This document shows positions 18,878 to 27,557 of a stretch of DNA of 62,913 nucleotides, piece by piece. A program made the position numbers and the translations under genes. The stretch is taken from positions 1-62,913 of the forward strand of contig MHSR01000016.1 in the NCBI GenBank assembly GCA_001822815.1, given 5' to 3'. Position 1 is the stretch's first letter. Every line of letters starts with the position of its first letter. Source of the DNA: Candidatus Terrybacteria bacterium RIFCSPHIGHO2_01_FULL_43_35. GTDB lineage: Bacteria > Patescibacteriota > Minisyncoccia > Terrybacterales > GWB1-40-14. The notes under the pieces are model-generated. The model saw nothing but the letters and a program-made list of their open reading frames with translations. It searched no databases and was not told the origin of the DNA.

Positions 18878-19066
18878 TAATCCCTCGTCGCTCCGCTCCT
18901 CGGGTCGTTCAGACTCTGAAGAGTCTTCAGACTCAAAGAGATGCAAGTTGTTGCAACCGCGAGCAGGCTCGCGAGCAAATTTAATAAATAAAGGTAATCC
19001 TTCGCTTTGCTCAGGTCTTCGACTCCGAAAAGTCTCAGACTCGAGGAGATGCAACGTGGTTGTATC
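18878..19066. repeat. two imperfect tandem copies of a composite palindromic element upstream of rpmG
   Basis: Unit 1 (18878-18958) and unit 2 (18995-19066) share TAATCC.TCG...GCTC..GG followed by TTC.GACTC.GAA.AGTC.TCAGACTC.A.GAGATGCAA. Confidence 0.75.
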
Positions 19067-19097
19067 CTCTCGCACGGCTCAAGGACAACCACGGCAT

Positions 19098-19256
19098 ATG
19101 CCTCAAGAAAATCTAATTAAAATGCAGTGTACGGTTTGTAAGCGTTTCAACTATTATACTTACAAGAACCGCAAAAAAGTTGAAAGAAAGCTTGAATACA
19201 AAAAGTTTTGTAAATCTTGCCGCAAACACACCAAACATAAAGAAGCTAAACGGTAG
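19098..19256 (+). CDS. rpmG: 50S ribosomal protein L33
   Basis: MPQENLIKMQCTVC...NYYTYKNRKK...LEYKKFCKSCRKHTKHKE; ATG at 19098. Confidence 0.95.
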   Translation: MPQENLIKMQCTVCKRFNYYTYKNRKKVERKLEYKKFCKSCRKHTKHKEAKR

Positions 19257-19299
19257 AATTTAACTTTTTGTATATATACAAATTGCCTATTTTCTTAAC

Positions 19300-19370
19300 G
19301 GGAGTTTAGTTAAATGGTATAACTGCGGTCTCCAAAACCGCGATTGGGGGTTCGATTCCCTCAACTCCCG
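19300..19370 (+). tRNA. tRNA-Trp(CCA)
   Basis: GGGAGTT/AACTCCC, GCGGT-CT-CCA-AA-ACCGC, GGGGG-TTCGATT-CCCTC, G73; canonical position after rpmG. Confidence 0.92.
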
Positions 19371-19598
19371 CCTTCTTTTAATAAGTCAAGGGTTATTTGG
19401 ACTATGGTGAGCAATGCCCGCCAATTTATGAAAACTTTATCGAAGGAGAGATTCGCCCGCGAAGGCGAGTTTTTCGTTATCATTTCCGTCCAAAACACGG
19501 AATTTTATTTTTAGGTCTTGACGAATTTATTGTATTCATGGTATGGTGAAACCAAACTAATCCTTGAAAAACAAAGCGATGACACAAAAGGAGACTTC

Positions 19599-21818
19599 AT
19601 GGCTGGTAAAACGCAGTTCTGGACCGATGAACGCAAGAGCGCTTTGGCTCTGGCCACATCTGATGAACAGATGACAACCTTGTTCCCGAATAAATCAATC
19701 GCAAATCTTCGAAACCGGCGTAGTATTTTCCGTAAGCAACTTGGTTTGACTCCAGCCAAAGTCAAAATTACGGTGGACAATCTGGAGAAGCGCCAGAAAC
19801 TTCTTGAGATTCTCAAGAAGGGTCCGGCGCGCGATAAGGATCTTTCCGAAGCCTTGGGCGTCAGTACTGCTGGCGTTTGGGACCTTGCGGATGCCTTACA
19901 GCGTTCTGGTTACGTTATTCGTATAGAAGATAATGTTCTGCACTTTATGGGGCAGCAGAAGACCTCGCGGCGTACTATCGTACCCTCGTTTCATCCCAAA
20001 CACCGTATTATTAAGATCGCGGTTGTTTCTGACACGCGTATTGGTTCTAGATACTACCAAGGAGATCTTCACGCTACGGTTATCGCCAAATGCGAGGCTG
20101 AAGACGTAGACATTATGTTGCATGCCGGCAATGTGTTTGGCGGTAAGGTTACGACAAAATACAAGGATGATAACTTCTGTCAGCTTGCTGAAGAGCAGGT
20201 AGAAGAAGCTGTGGCCTACTGGCCGCATTCGTCCAAATTCCGACAGTACTTGCTTGCCGGTCAGACTGACTTGTCATTCTCTACGGGTAAAGATGCCGGA
20301 CGAGACATGCTTACTATGCTCGTGCAGCAAGCTTCAGAAGCTGATTCTAAGGACGAAGGCGACCTTGTTGTTGCCGGCGCGCTTAAACAAGACTTCCAGT
20401 TTCGTAATGTCCGCGTGCGTCTTATGCATCCAATGACTGATCGACCTATCTACGCTAAGAGCTACCGGCCACAGAGCATTTTGCGGAGTATTGCGACATC
20501 CGTCCAGCAGTTTGGCAGCGCCAAACGCGAAAAGCCGGATATCGTTATCATGGGTGGTTTCGGCGTAGGCGCGGCACTGCGCAAGCGTTACGGAATCAGG
20601 ACATTCCTGGTTCCCTCGTTGCAGTCGCCGACAACCCGTCAGTCTGAACATGAAATTGCTCCGGAAATAGGCTTTGCGATATTCACGCTTAAGTTCAACA
20701 AAGATGGAAATCTGGATGAAGTAATTCCAGAGTTCTTCAACCTGAACCCGCATCATACGCCTCAAGACAATCATTTGGTTGGTGTTAACGATCTCAAATG
20801 CGATTTGTCCGAGCAGGAGCAGGCGCTTGTCGCTGAACTTATGTCCGGTACATTCACCAGCGAAGGCCAGCTTTCCCGGCGTCTCAACGTGAGCCACAAG
20901 GATGTTCGTAGCTTACTTGAACGCATTTCCGCTTGCGGACTCTCTCCGCAAACGGTGGCCGGTTCTACGAATATCATTTTGAACAGAGCGCATCGCGATT
21001 CTTACAAAGCTCTTCCTTTGAGTATTTTTGACGGCATAACCCTTAAGGCTGCATTCGCTTCCGACACGCATCTTTGCAGTAAGTGGGAACGCTTGCCCGC
21101 GCTCCGTGAAGCGTATTGCATCATGGATAACGAAGATGTTGTGGGTCCATATCACGCTGGTGACTTTGGCGACGGAGCTGGTTTTACCGGCTACCGCGGT
21201 CATAGAGATGACGTGGAACCCGCAGGTATTACTGATCAGCAGAAGAAGATGGTTGAGGAATATCCGCGTCGTAAGAAGATAGACTCCCTTACTGGCAAGC
21301 CAGAGATGACCAGGGTCATCATGGGCAACCACGATGCCTGGGCCCTTACGGCTTCTGGGTATCACGTGCTCCACGCGCTTGAAGAACTTCGTCCAGACAT
21401 CAAGTTTGTTGGTGGTCCGGAGGAGACAAGCGGTATTGTTGACGAATACGGGTTTAACATCCGGCTGTATCATCCGGCGGGTGGCGGTTCGTATGCCGAT
21501 AGCTTCAAGCTCCAGCGTGGTCTGGAAGACGAACTAAACTATGAGTCCAATATCTTAGATGAACATCTCAACGATATTGCGGATAAAGCCTCATCGTTTG
21601 ATGTGTTCGCGGTGGGCCATTACCACTTCTTCACAGCAATGTTCACCATGGGCGTTGCCGCGATGATGCTTCCTTCGTTCAAGGGCAAGGACCGTTTCCA
21701 CAAGGAACATTGGCTTACGCCCGATATCGGTTTTGTTATCGCCGAACTGACCAAAGATGCGCAAGGGAACCTAATTCGGTTTGCCCCGCGTTTCTTCGAT
21801 CTTTCGCACATTAAATAG
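19599..21818 (+). CDS. tandem HTH + calcineurin-like metallophosphoesterase fusion (N-terminal copy degenerate)
   Basis: Second domain has SDTH, HAGDFGDG, GNHD, HP, GHYH. First has SDTR, HAGNVFGG, GQTD, HP, GGF. Each is preceded by an HTH-like segment. SD AAGGAG before ATG 19599. Confidence 0.8.
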   Translation: MAGKTQFWTDERKSALALATSDEQMTTLFPNKSIANLRNRRSIFRKQLGLTPAKVKITVDNLEKRQKLLEILKKGPARDKDLSEALGVSTAGVWDLADALQRSGYVIRIEDNVLHFMGQQKTSRRTIVPSFHPKHRIIKIAVVSDTRIGSRYYQGDLHATVIAKCEAEDVDIMLHAGNVFGGKVTTKYKDDNFCQLAEEQVEEAVAYWPHSSKFRQYLLAGQTDLSFSTGKDAGRDMLTMLVQQASEADSKDEGDLVVAGALKQDFQFRNVRVRLMHPMTDRPIYAKSYRPQSILRSIATSVQQFGSAKREKPDIVIMGGFGVGAALRKRYGIRTFLVPSLQSPTTRQSEHEIAPEIGFAIFTLKFNKDGNLDEVIPEFFNLNPHHTPQDNHLVGVNDLKCDLSEQEQALVAELMSGTFTSEGQLSRRLNVSHKDVRSLLERISACGLSPQTVAGSTNIILNRAHRDSYKALPLSIFDGITLKAAFASDTHLCSKWERLPALREAYCIMDNEDVVGPYHAGDFGDGAGFTGYRGHRDDVEPAGITDQQKKMVEEYPRRKKIDSLTGKPEMTRVIMGNHDAWALTASGYHVLHALEELRPDIKFVGGPEETSGIVDEYGFNIRLYHPAGGGSYADSFKLQRGLEDELNYESNILDEHLNDIADKASSFDVFAVGHYHFFTAMFTMGVAAMMLPSFKGKDRFHKEHWLTPDIGFVIAELTKDAQGNLIRFAPRFFDLSHIK

Positions 21819-21827
21819 TTAATATTA

Positions 21828-21858
21828 GCCGTTCCGACATACATCGGAACGGTTTTTC
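21828..21858 (+). terminator. intrinsic terminator
   Basis: CCGTTCCGA/TCGGAACGG stem followed by a T-tract. Confidence 0.75.
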
Positions 21859-21925
21859 ATTTTAATAAAAGTACGCTTGTAATTTTTTGGCCGAATTGTT
21901 AGGCTAATATTAAATATCTAGAGCC

Positions 21926-22321
21926 TTGAAAATAAAAGGCGGCGTAGTGTCCAAGATAAAAATGCGCCATCATGTTGTGCCATCCTCGCGCGGCGGTCCG
22001 AATGAAGAATGGAACTTATATTTTTTCCACAAAGGCATCGAAATTCATATTGAACGCCATAAAGCTTATCACTTTCTTTTTGAGAATCATTTGCCGTCGG
22101 AGGCGATTACTGACGTACAGAATAAATATTCCAATAAGGATGGTTCTCTAAACAAGCGCCGTGTTTCCGGAAATAATCTTAAGGCATGGGTTACGGTGTT
22201 TGGGGAGAATGCCGACCCTAAGGAAGCCATAGATTTCATTGAGCGTGAATTCCTGCCCATAGAACAAAAGTGGGAACCTAAAGGAAAGGAGGTGAGGAAA
22301 AACCGTGGCAAGCGAAGATAA
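21926..22321 (+). CDS. hypothetical protein with HNH-like motif
   Basis: RHHVVPSSRGG...NL...HKAYHFLFEN; start uncertain (TTG 21926 or ATG 21962). Confidence 0.55.
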   Translation: MKIKGGVVSKIKMRHHVVPSSRGGPNEEWNLYFFHKGIEIHIERHKAYHFLFENHLPSEAITDVQNKYSNKDGSLNKRRVSGNNLKAWVTVFGENADPKEAIDFIEREFLPIEQKWEPKGKEVRKNRGKRR

Positions 22322-23771
22322 GGATTACGAAAAAACCGAAAGCGGACTTTTAATCATACATAATCCAGCCTTTCCCAATCTTTCTTCGGGCGAATGGTTT
22401 GAACTTGAAGAAGGCGAAGAATCTTCTTCGGTTAAGGATTTGCGCGCATTACTTTCAAGTAGAATTCGCGGTCAGCCTAGAGCGATTGAAGCTGTATGCA
22501 AAGCTTTTGAAGATTATCACCAGGGTAATTTGAGTGAAGACAAGCCGATTGTTGTAATCTTGTTTCTAGGACCAAGCCGCCACGGCAAAACAGAAATAGT
22601 TAAGGTCTTTGCAGAATTTCTTCATGGCGACAGAAACGCTATTTTCAAGATAGATTGTTCGGATTATCAAAATCCAAGCGACGTCAACTTGCTTAAAGGC
22701 GCGCCGCCGGCTTTTATCCGATCGGATGAAGAACCAGGGCTTTCGCAGGAAAAATTGGAAGAAGCGGCGCGCAAAAATAACAAGGCGTTCAACGCAGCTG
22801 AGGAACTCGTTCATCAATACAATCAGTTGGAAGATCTTAAAAAAGAGAAGAAGCGCGAACTCGCTGATATTCGTGAGCAATTGAAGCGGTCTGATCTTAC
22901 GAGCGAGGATCATTCTCAGCTTGTAATAAACCTTCGTGAGCTTAAAGATAGCATTGCTGTTATTGAAGAGGAAAAAGAAAATATATTGGAGCGTTGGCGA
23001 GAGCTGAAGAAGCAAATGCCAAAATTTTTTCCAAGCATTATGCTGTTGGATGAAATAGAAGAAGCCGATCGTTCGCTTATAGGCATACTTCTTCAGGTAA
23101 TGGATGAGGCACGGTTGACTGTTTCAACACCAAAGAAAGGCCGTACCGTAACCCGCTTCCACCGTACGTTCATTTTTATGACTTCCAACGTGGGCATGCG
23201 GGAAATCTAGAATCTGCTTACCGAAAAATCCATAGGCTTTCGTTCGAGGGAGTCTGGAGACAAAAAGGCTCCCAGGGATATCTATAACGCGGCCATGCGA
23301 GCGGCGCGTAAGCAATTCCCGCTTAAATTCCTCAATCGTATAGACTCCATCGTTGTTTTTCAACCGTTTACCCACGAAACGCTTAGGCAAATCTGCGCTG
23401 ATAATCTTGATTATGTGCATAATGAAATAAAAAAGAATTTCAGCGCCTTAGTGGCTTTTTCTGACAAGGCGATTGAATTCTTGGTTGCCGAAGCCGAAGA
23501 ACATCCCGAAGAGGGTGCGGCTATTCTAAAACATAAGATAGAAACTCGTGTGCTGAAACCTCTTCTTCGCGCGGGCATGCGAGGCAAAATAGATAAACTC
23601 GATATCATTTTTGTTGACGTAACCGAGACTGGTAACGGTAAAAAAATAAGCTTCTTTTACGATAAGCGTGAACGTACAGCTATAAACCTGCTTTTGGGGC
23701 CAGGCGATATTGTAGATAAACCAAATATAGAAAATAATGCAATAGAAGATTCATTAGATACGCAAATTTAA
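22305..23771 (+). pseudogene. ClpB/ClpC D2-like AAA+ ATPase interrupted by a single in-frame TAG (23208-23210)
   Basis: Walker A GPSRHGKT, GAPP pore loop, Walker B LLDEIE, MTSNVG. The frame continues after TAG into SIGF...FLNRIDSIVVFQPF. ORFs 22305 and 23295 are in the same frame. Confidence 0.8.
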
Positions 23772-23775
23772 ATAC

Positions 23776-23804
23776 AAAAACGGAAGCAAAACCTTCCGTT
23801 TTTT
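23776..23804. terminator. intrinsic terminator (possibly bidirectional)
   Basis: AAAAACGGAAG-CAAAAC-CTTCCGTTTTT. Confidence 0.7.
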
Positions 23805-23829
23805 CTTATTTCAGTGTTAAGCTTTAATT

Positions 23830-24462
23830 ATGATCGAAGGAGATAAACTATTAGATAATTTAGTAGAAGACGGATGGCTAAAAAGCCCCAACATTATTGA
23901 CGCTTTTCATGCTATACATCGCAATGATTTTGTGCCCAAAGACGCGCAGAAAGATGCATTTTTGAATACGGCCTTGTCTATCGGTTGGGATCAGACCATT
24001 TCTCAGCCTTTGACTGTCGCCTTTATGCTGGAGCTTCTTGAACCAAAATCGGACCAAAAAATACTTGAGATAGGGTATGGATCCGGTTGGCAAACTTGCT
24101 TGCTAGCACATATTGTAGGAAAACACGGCAAGGTTTTTGCAATTGAAATTGTTCCTGAACTTTGTAAGTTCGGTTCAGAAAATATTGCTAAATATAATTT
24201 TATTAAAGAGGGGATTGTAGAATGTTTTTGCCAGGATGCAACTGAAGGACTTGAAGATCAAGCTCCCTTTGAAAGAATAATTGCTGCGGCATCGGCCTTT
24301 TCAGGAATCCCAGATACATGGAAGGATCAGCTTGGTATCGGCGGCCGAATAGTTGCGCCAGTGGGACAAAGTATTTTTTTATTCATAAAAAATCCAGATG
24401 GTTCTTTTGAGGAGAAAGAATTTCCTGGTTTTATATTCGTCCCTTTAATAAAAGGGAAATAG
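23830..24462 (+). CDS. pcm: protein-L-isoaspartate O-methyltransferase
   Basis: QTISQP..VAFMLELL, ILEIGYGSGW, APFERII..A, GGRIVAPV. Confidence 0.92.
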   Translation: MIEGDKLLDNLVEDGWLKSPNIIDAFHAIHRNDFVPKDAQKDAFLNTALSIGWDQTISQPLTVAFMLELLEPKSDQKILEIGYGSGWQTCLLAHIVGKHGKVFAIEIVPELCKFGSENIAKYNFIKEGIVECFCQDATEGLEDQAPFERIIAAASAFSGIPDTWKDQLGIGGRIVAPVGQSIFLFIKNPDGSFEEKEFPGFIFVPLIKGK

Positions 24463-24521
24463 CAAAAGGTTAGAGGCAGAATAACCTCTTCTTTTTCACT
24501 TTTATATATGGGAAAATATGT

Positions 24522-25712
24522 ATGATGCAGGATATTAAACCAATTCAGAATACTTCAATGCTGGCAAATAACGAGCTGGTATCGCCAGCTTCGTCCAAAA
24601 CCGAAGTCGTGCATAACAACCCGCCGGCTTTGACTAAGAAACGCATTGGTCATAAAAAAGCTGCGGGCATCATCGTATTCATTGCCGTTTTATCGGCGAT
24701 AACCTTTTTTGTTTTATATGTCATATGGTCTTTGCAATCCCGCGATGCCGGGGCAGATAAAAAAGCGTTTTTAATATCAAAAGGTGAAAATGCTATTTCC
24801 GTGGCTAAGCGTCTTGAAGATGAGGGGCTCATACGCAACGCAAAAGTTTTCAGAACCCTTCTTTTAATAACAGAGAAAGCAGACGATATAAAAGCCGGTG
24901 AGTTTGATATTTCCTCGGCCATGACGCCGCAAGAGATAATCTCCGTTTTAACCGCTAAAGCGCCGCCGGAACGGGACGTTAATGTTGTTATTCCTGAGGG
25001 CTTCACTTTGGCTCAAATAGATGCTAGGTTTGCCAACGCCGGAATAATCAAGGAAGGCGATTTATTGAATGGTTCGGGAGCGATATATGCTTATGAATTT
25101 CTTCCAGAATGCCCTGCGCGTCATCAAAATGATGACGGTCAATATGTTTGTAATGTTGAATATATGTCGCTTGAAGGATATCTTTTCCCGGACACCTATC
25201 GGTTCAAGCGCGATTCAACAACAGATATAATAGTAGGAAAAATGCTGGATAATTTCGATAAAAAACTTTCTCTACCCTTACGTTCGGATATCGCTATCCA
25301 AAATAAATCCATAAAAGATATTGTTATTATGGCTTCTATCCTTGAAAAAGAAGTGCGTTCCGATGTGGACAAAACTCTTGTAGCTGGGATTTTATGGAAG
25401 CGTCTCAATCAATTGTATCCATTACAGGTTGACGCTACGGTTCTTTATGCGCTTGAACTCGCCGGCAGAGCTAAACTTAAAGGTCAGACTTTAACCCTAG
25501 AAGATTTACAGGTAGATTCTGCATACAACACCTATAAATATAAGGGCCTGCCCCCAGGCGCTATAAGCAATCCGGGTCTGGCAAGTATTGATTCGGCTAT
25601 TGACCTGGAAAATTCCAATTACTTCTACTATTTATCTGCACCAGACGGTACAACTATTTTTTCAAGAACATTGACGGAGCATAATCGAGCAAAGACCCGT
25701 TATTTAAGGTAA
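24522..25712 (+). CDS. mltG: endolytic transglycosylase
   Basis: IPEG, LEGYLFPDTY, MASILEKE, LQVDATV, YNTY...GLPPGAISNPG, YFYY. Confidence 0.95.
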   Translation: MMQDIKPIQNTSMLANNELVSPASSKTEVVHNNPPALTKKRIGHKKAAGIIVFIAVLSAITFFVLYVIWSLQSRDAGADKKAFLISKGENAISVAKRLEDEGLIRNAKVFRTLLLITEKADDIKAGEFDISSAMTPQEIISVLTAKAPPERDVNVVIPEGFTLAQIDARFANAGIIKEGDLLNGSGAIYAYEFLPECPARHQNDDGQYVCNVEYMSLEGYLFPDTYRFKRDSTTDIIVGKMLDNFDKKLSLPLRSDIAIQNKSIKDIVIMASILEKEVRSDVDKTLVAGILWKRLNQLYPLQVDATVLYALELAGRAKLKGQTLTLEDLQVDSAYNTYKYKGLPPGAISNPGLASIDSAIDLENSNYFYYLSAPDGTTIFSRTLTEHNRAKTRYLR

Positions 25713-25718
25713 AAATTT

Positions 25719-26399
25719 ATGGCCAAGAACAAAATAGCCGTATTTGATATAGATGGAACAATATTCAGGAGTAGCTGGCTTATTGAACTTGATTTAAAGC
25801 TTATAGAACAGGGCATTTTCCCGGTTAGGGCTCTGAAAGACGTTGATAAATCTTATCATAATTGGCTGGATCGTAAGGGTTCTTATGAAGATTATTTGCG
25901 AGGCATGGTAGATATCTATAAAAAGAATATACGGGGGCATAAAGAAAAGGATGTCCGAAGAATTATCCGTCAAATTATGCAAAGGCAGAAAGAACGTGTA
26001 TATATTTATACCCGCGATTTGTTGAATAAACTGCATAAGGATTATTTTTTACTGGCAATTTCCGGTTCGCCGCTAGAAGTCATTGAAGATTTCGCTCGTT
26101 TCTGGGGATTCGATTTGTTTTACGGACAGGTTTATGAAGTAAGAAATGGACGATATACAGGTGAAATTCTCAAATCGCCATACGATAACAAAAAGGAAGC
26201 CTTATTCGCGTGCCTTTCTCAAATTAATATAGGACTTAAAGGTTCAATAGGCGTGGGGGATACAGAATCAGACATTAGTTTTCTTGAGGAGGTAGATCAT
26301 CCCATTTGCTTCAATCCTAACCAGAAATTGCTTAAAGTCGCGTGCCGCCGCGGTTGGAAAGTTGTCGTTGAACGCAAGGATGTAGTGCATGTTTTGTAA
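25719..26399 (+). CDS. HAD-superfamily phosphatase (IB/SerB-like)
   Basis: FDIDGT, ISGS, K, GDTESD motifs. Confidence 0.88.
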   Translation: MAKNKIAVFDIDGTIFRSSWLIELDLKLIEQGIFPVRALKDVDKSYHNWLDRKGSYEDYLRGMVDIYKKNIRGHKEKDVRRIIRQIMQRQKERVYIYTRDLLNKLHKDYFLLAISGSPLEVIEDFARFWGFDLFYGQVYEVRNGRYTGEILKSPYDNKKEALFACLSQINIGLKGSIGVGDTESDISFLEEVDHPICFNPNQKLLKVACRRGWKVVVERKDVVHVL

Positions 26400-26439
26400 T
26401 AGCCGCGTTTTCTAGCCCGAAATGAATAAGAGTCGTTTT

Positions 26440-27408
26440 TTACGCTTTTTTATCCTTGATTATTTTATTGAGTATTTTTTCAACCATTTTAATACTTTCC
26501 CAGTCGTGTATGGAGATAGGCAAGGCGGCTATCTTTGATTTTTTAAGCACGCCGATCTTTTTTTTGAGTTCGGCGGTGGATATCAGATCGCTTTTAGACA
26601 AAAAAGCATATTCCTTTTTTCCCAGCAACACTTCGCTGTAATTTTTGAGTTCGACGCGTATGGCTTTATAATCACGAAGGGGATTTTCAGATTCTACTGA
26701 AATCAAATGGAATAATACACGTGTTCGTTCAATATGTCGCAAGAACTTAATACCCAAGCCCCGGCCCCTGGATGCGCCTTCTATAAGGCCAGGAATGTCG
26801 GCAAGTATAAGTTCGTAATATGAGCCCAGATTTGGTTCAAGCGTGGTGAATGGGTAATTGGCAACGCGGCTTTTGGCGTTGGTCAATTCATTAAGCAGGC
26901 TGGATTTGCCGACATTGGGCAGGCCAATAAGGCCAACGTCAGCTATAAGCTTAAGTTCCAAACGCAATGTATAACTTTGGCCTGACAGGCCGCGTTGGAA
27001 TTGTTTGGGGCTAGTATTGTGTGAAGAACGGAACAAGAAATTACCCTTGCCTCCATGCCCTCCCTTGGCCATCAGGAGCTTTTCTCCGATTTTGGTTATC
27101 TCATAATCTTTGTCCAGGGTCTTATTGTGAATGACCGTTCCGACCGGGATCTTTAAAGTTATATCTTTGCCGGTTGCGCCATCGTTAAGTCGATGGCCGC
27201 CCCTGCCGCCGTCTTGTGCCACGAACTCTTTTTTATATCGGAAAGGCCTCAATGCCTCCAGGTCAGTAATGCCCTCAAGGTATATCCTTCCACCGTCTCC
27301 GCCGCTTGCGCCTGAAGGGCCCAAGCTCATTTTGTTCTTGGTAAAAGCAACTGCGCCATCGCCTCCACGTCCAGCAGAAACTTTTATAGTTATATCATCA
27401 ATTAGCAT
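26440..27408 (-). CDS. obgE: Obg family GTPase
   Basis: Gly-rich Obg domain, GLPNVGKS, YPFTT, DIPG, SKSD. Confidence 0.95.
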   Translation of the reverse strand: MLIDDITIKVSAGRGGDGAVAFTKNKMSLGPSGASGGDGGRIYLEGITDLEALRPFRYKKEFVAQDGGRGGHRLNDGATGKDITLKIPVGTVIHNKTLDKDYEITKIGEKLLMAKGGHGGKGNFLFRSSHNTSPKQFQRGLSGQSYTLRLELKLIADVGLIGLPNVGKSSLLNELTNAKSRVANYPFTTLEPNLGSYYELILADIPGLIEGASRGRGLGIKFLRHIERTRVLFHLISVESENPLRDYKAIRVELKNYSEVLLGKKEYAFLSKSDLISTAELKKKIGVLKKSKIAALPISIHDWESIKMVEKILNKIIKDKKA

Positions 27409-27409
27409 A

Positions 27410-27549
27410 CCCGGTAGTAGAAGTTCGACTATTTGTTTATCGAATTTTTTGTTAGTTGTCGAAAATTATAAAGTCAATGGTTAAAGCTAAGATACGAAGA
27501 GGTTTTCGTTGTTCGCCTTTGGGCGAACAGTCGAACTTTCACTACCGGG
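27410..27549. mobile_element. MITE-like element with imperfect 21-bp terminal inverted repeats, abutting the obg start codon
   Basis: CCCGGTAGTAGAAGTTCGACT ... AGTCGAACTTTCACTACCGGG (2 mismatches); internal hairpin GTTCGCC-TTTG-GGCGAAC; no ORF. Confidence 0.6.
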
Positions 27550-27557
27550 CATAATTT

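Noticed and set aside
18948-19097. N-terminal extension of L33 given in the ORF track
   Set aside because: It is open reading through a repeat element; the L33 homology starts at ATG 19098.
23208-23210. Genome-wide TAG reassignment or an alternative genetic code
   Set aside because: TAG, TAA and TGA all terminate well-conserved genes at expected positions in this window; only one interrupted gene was seen.
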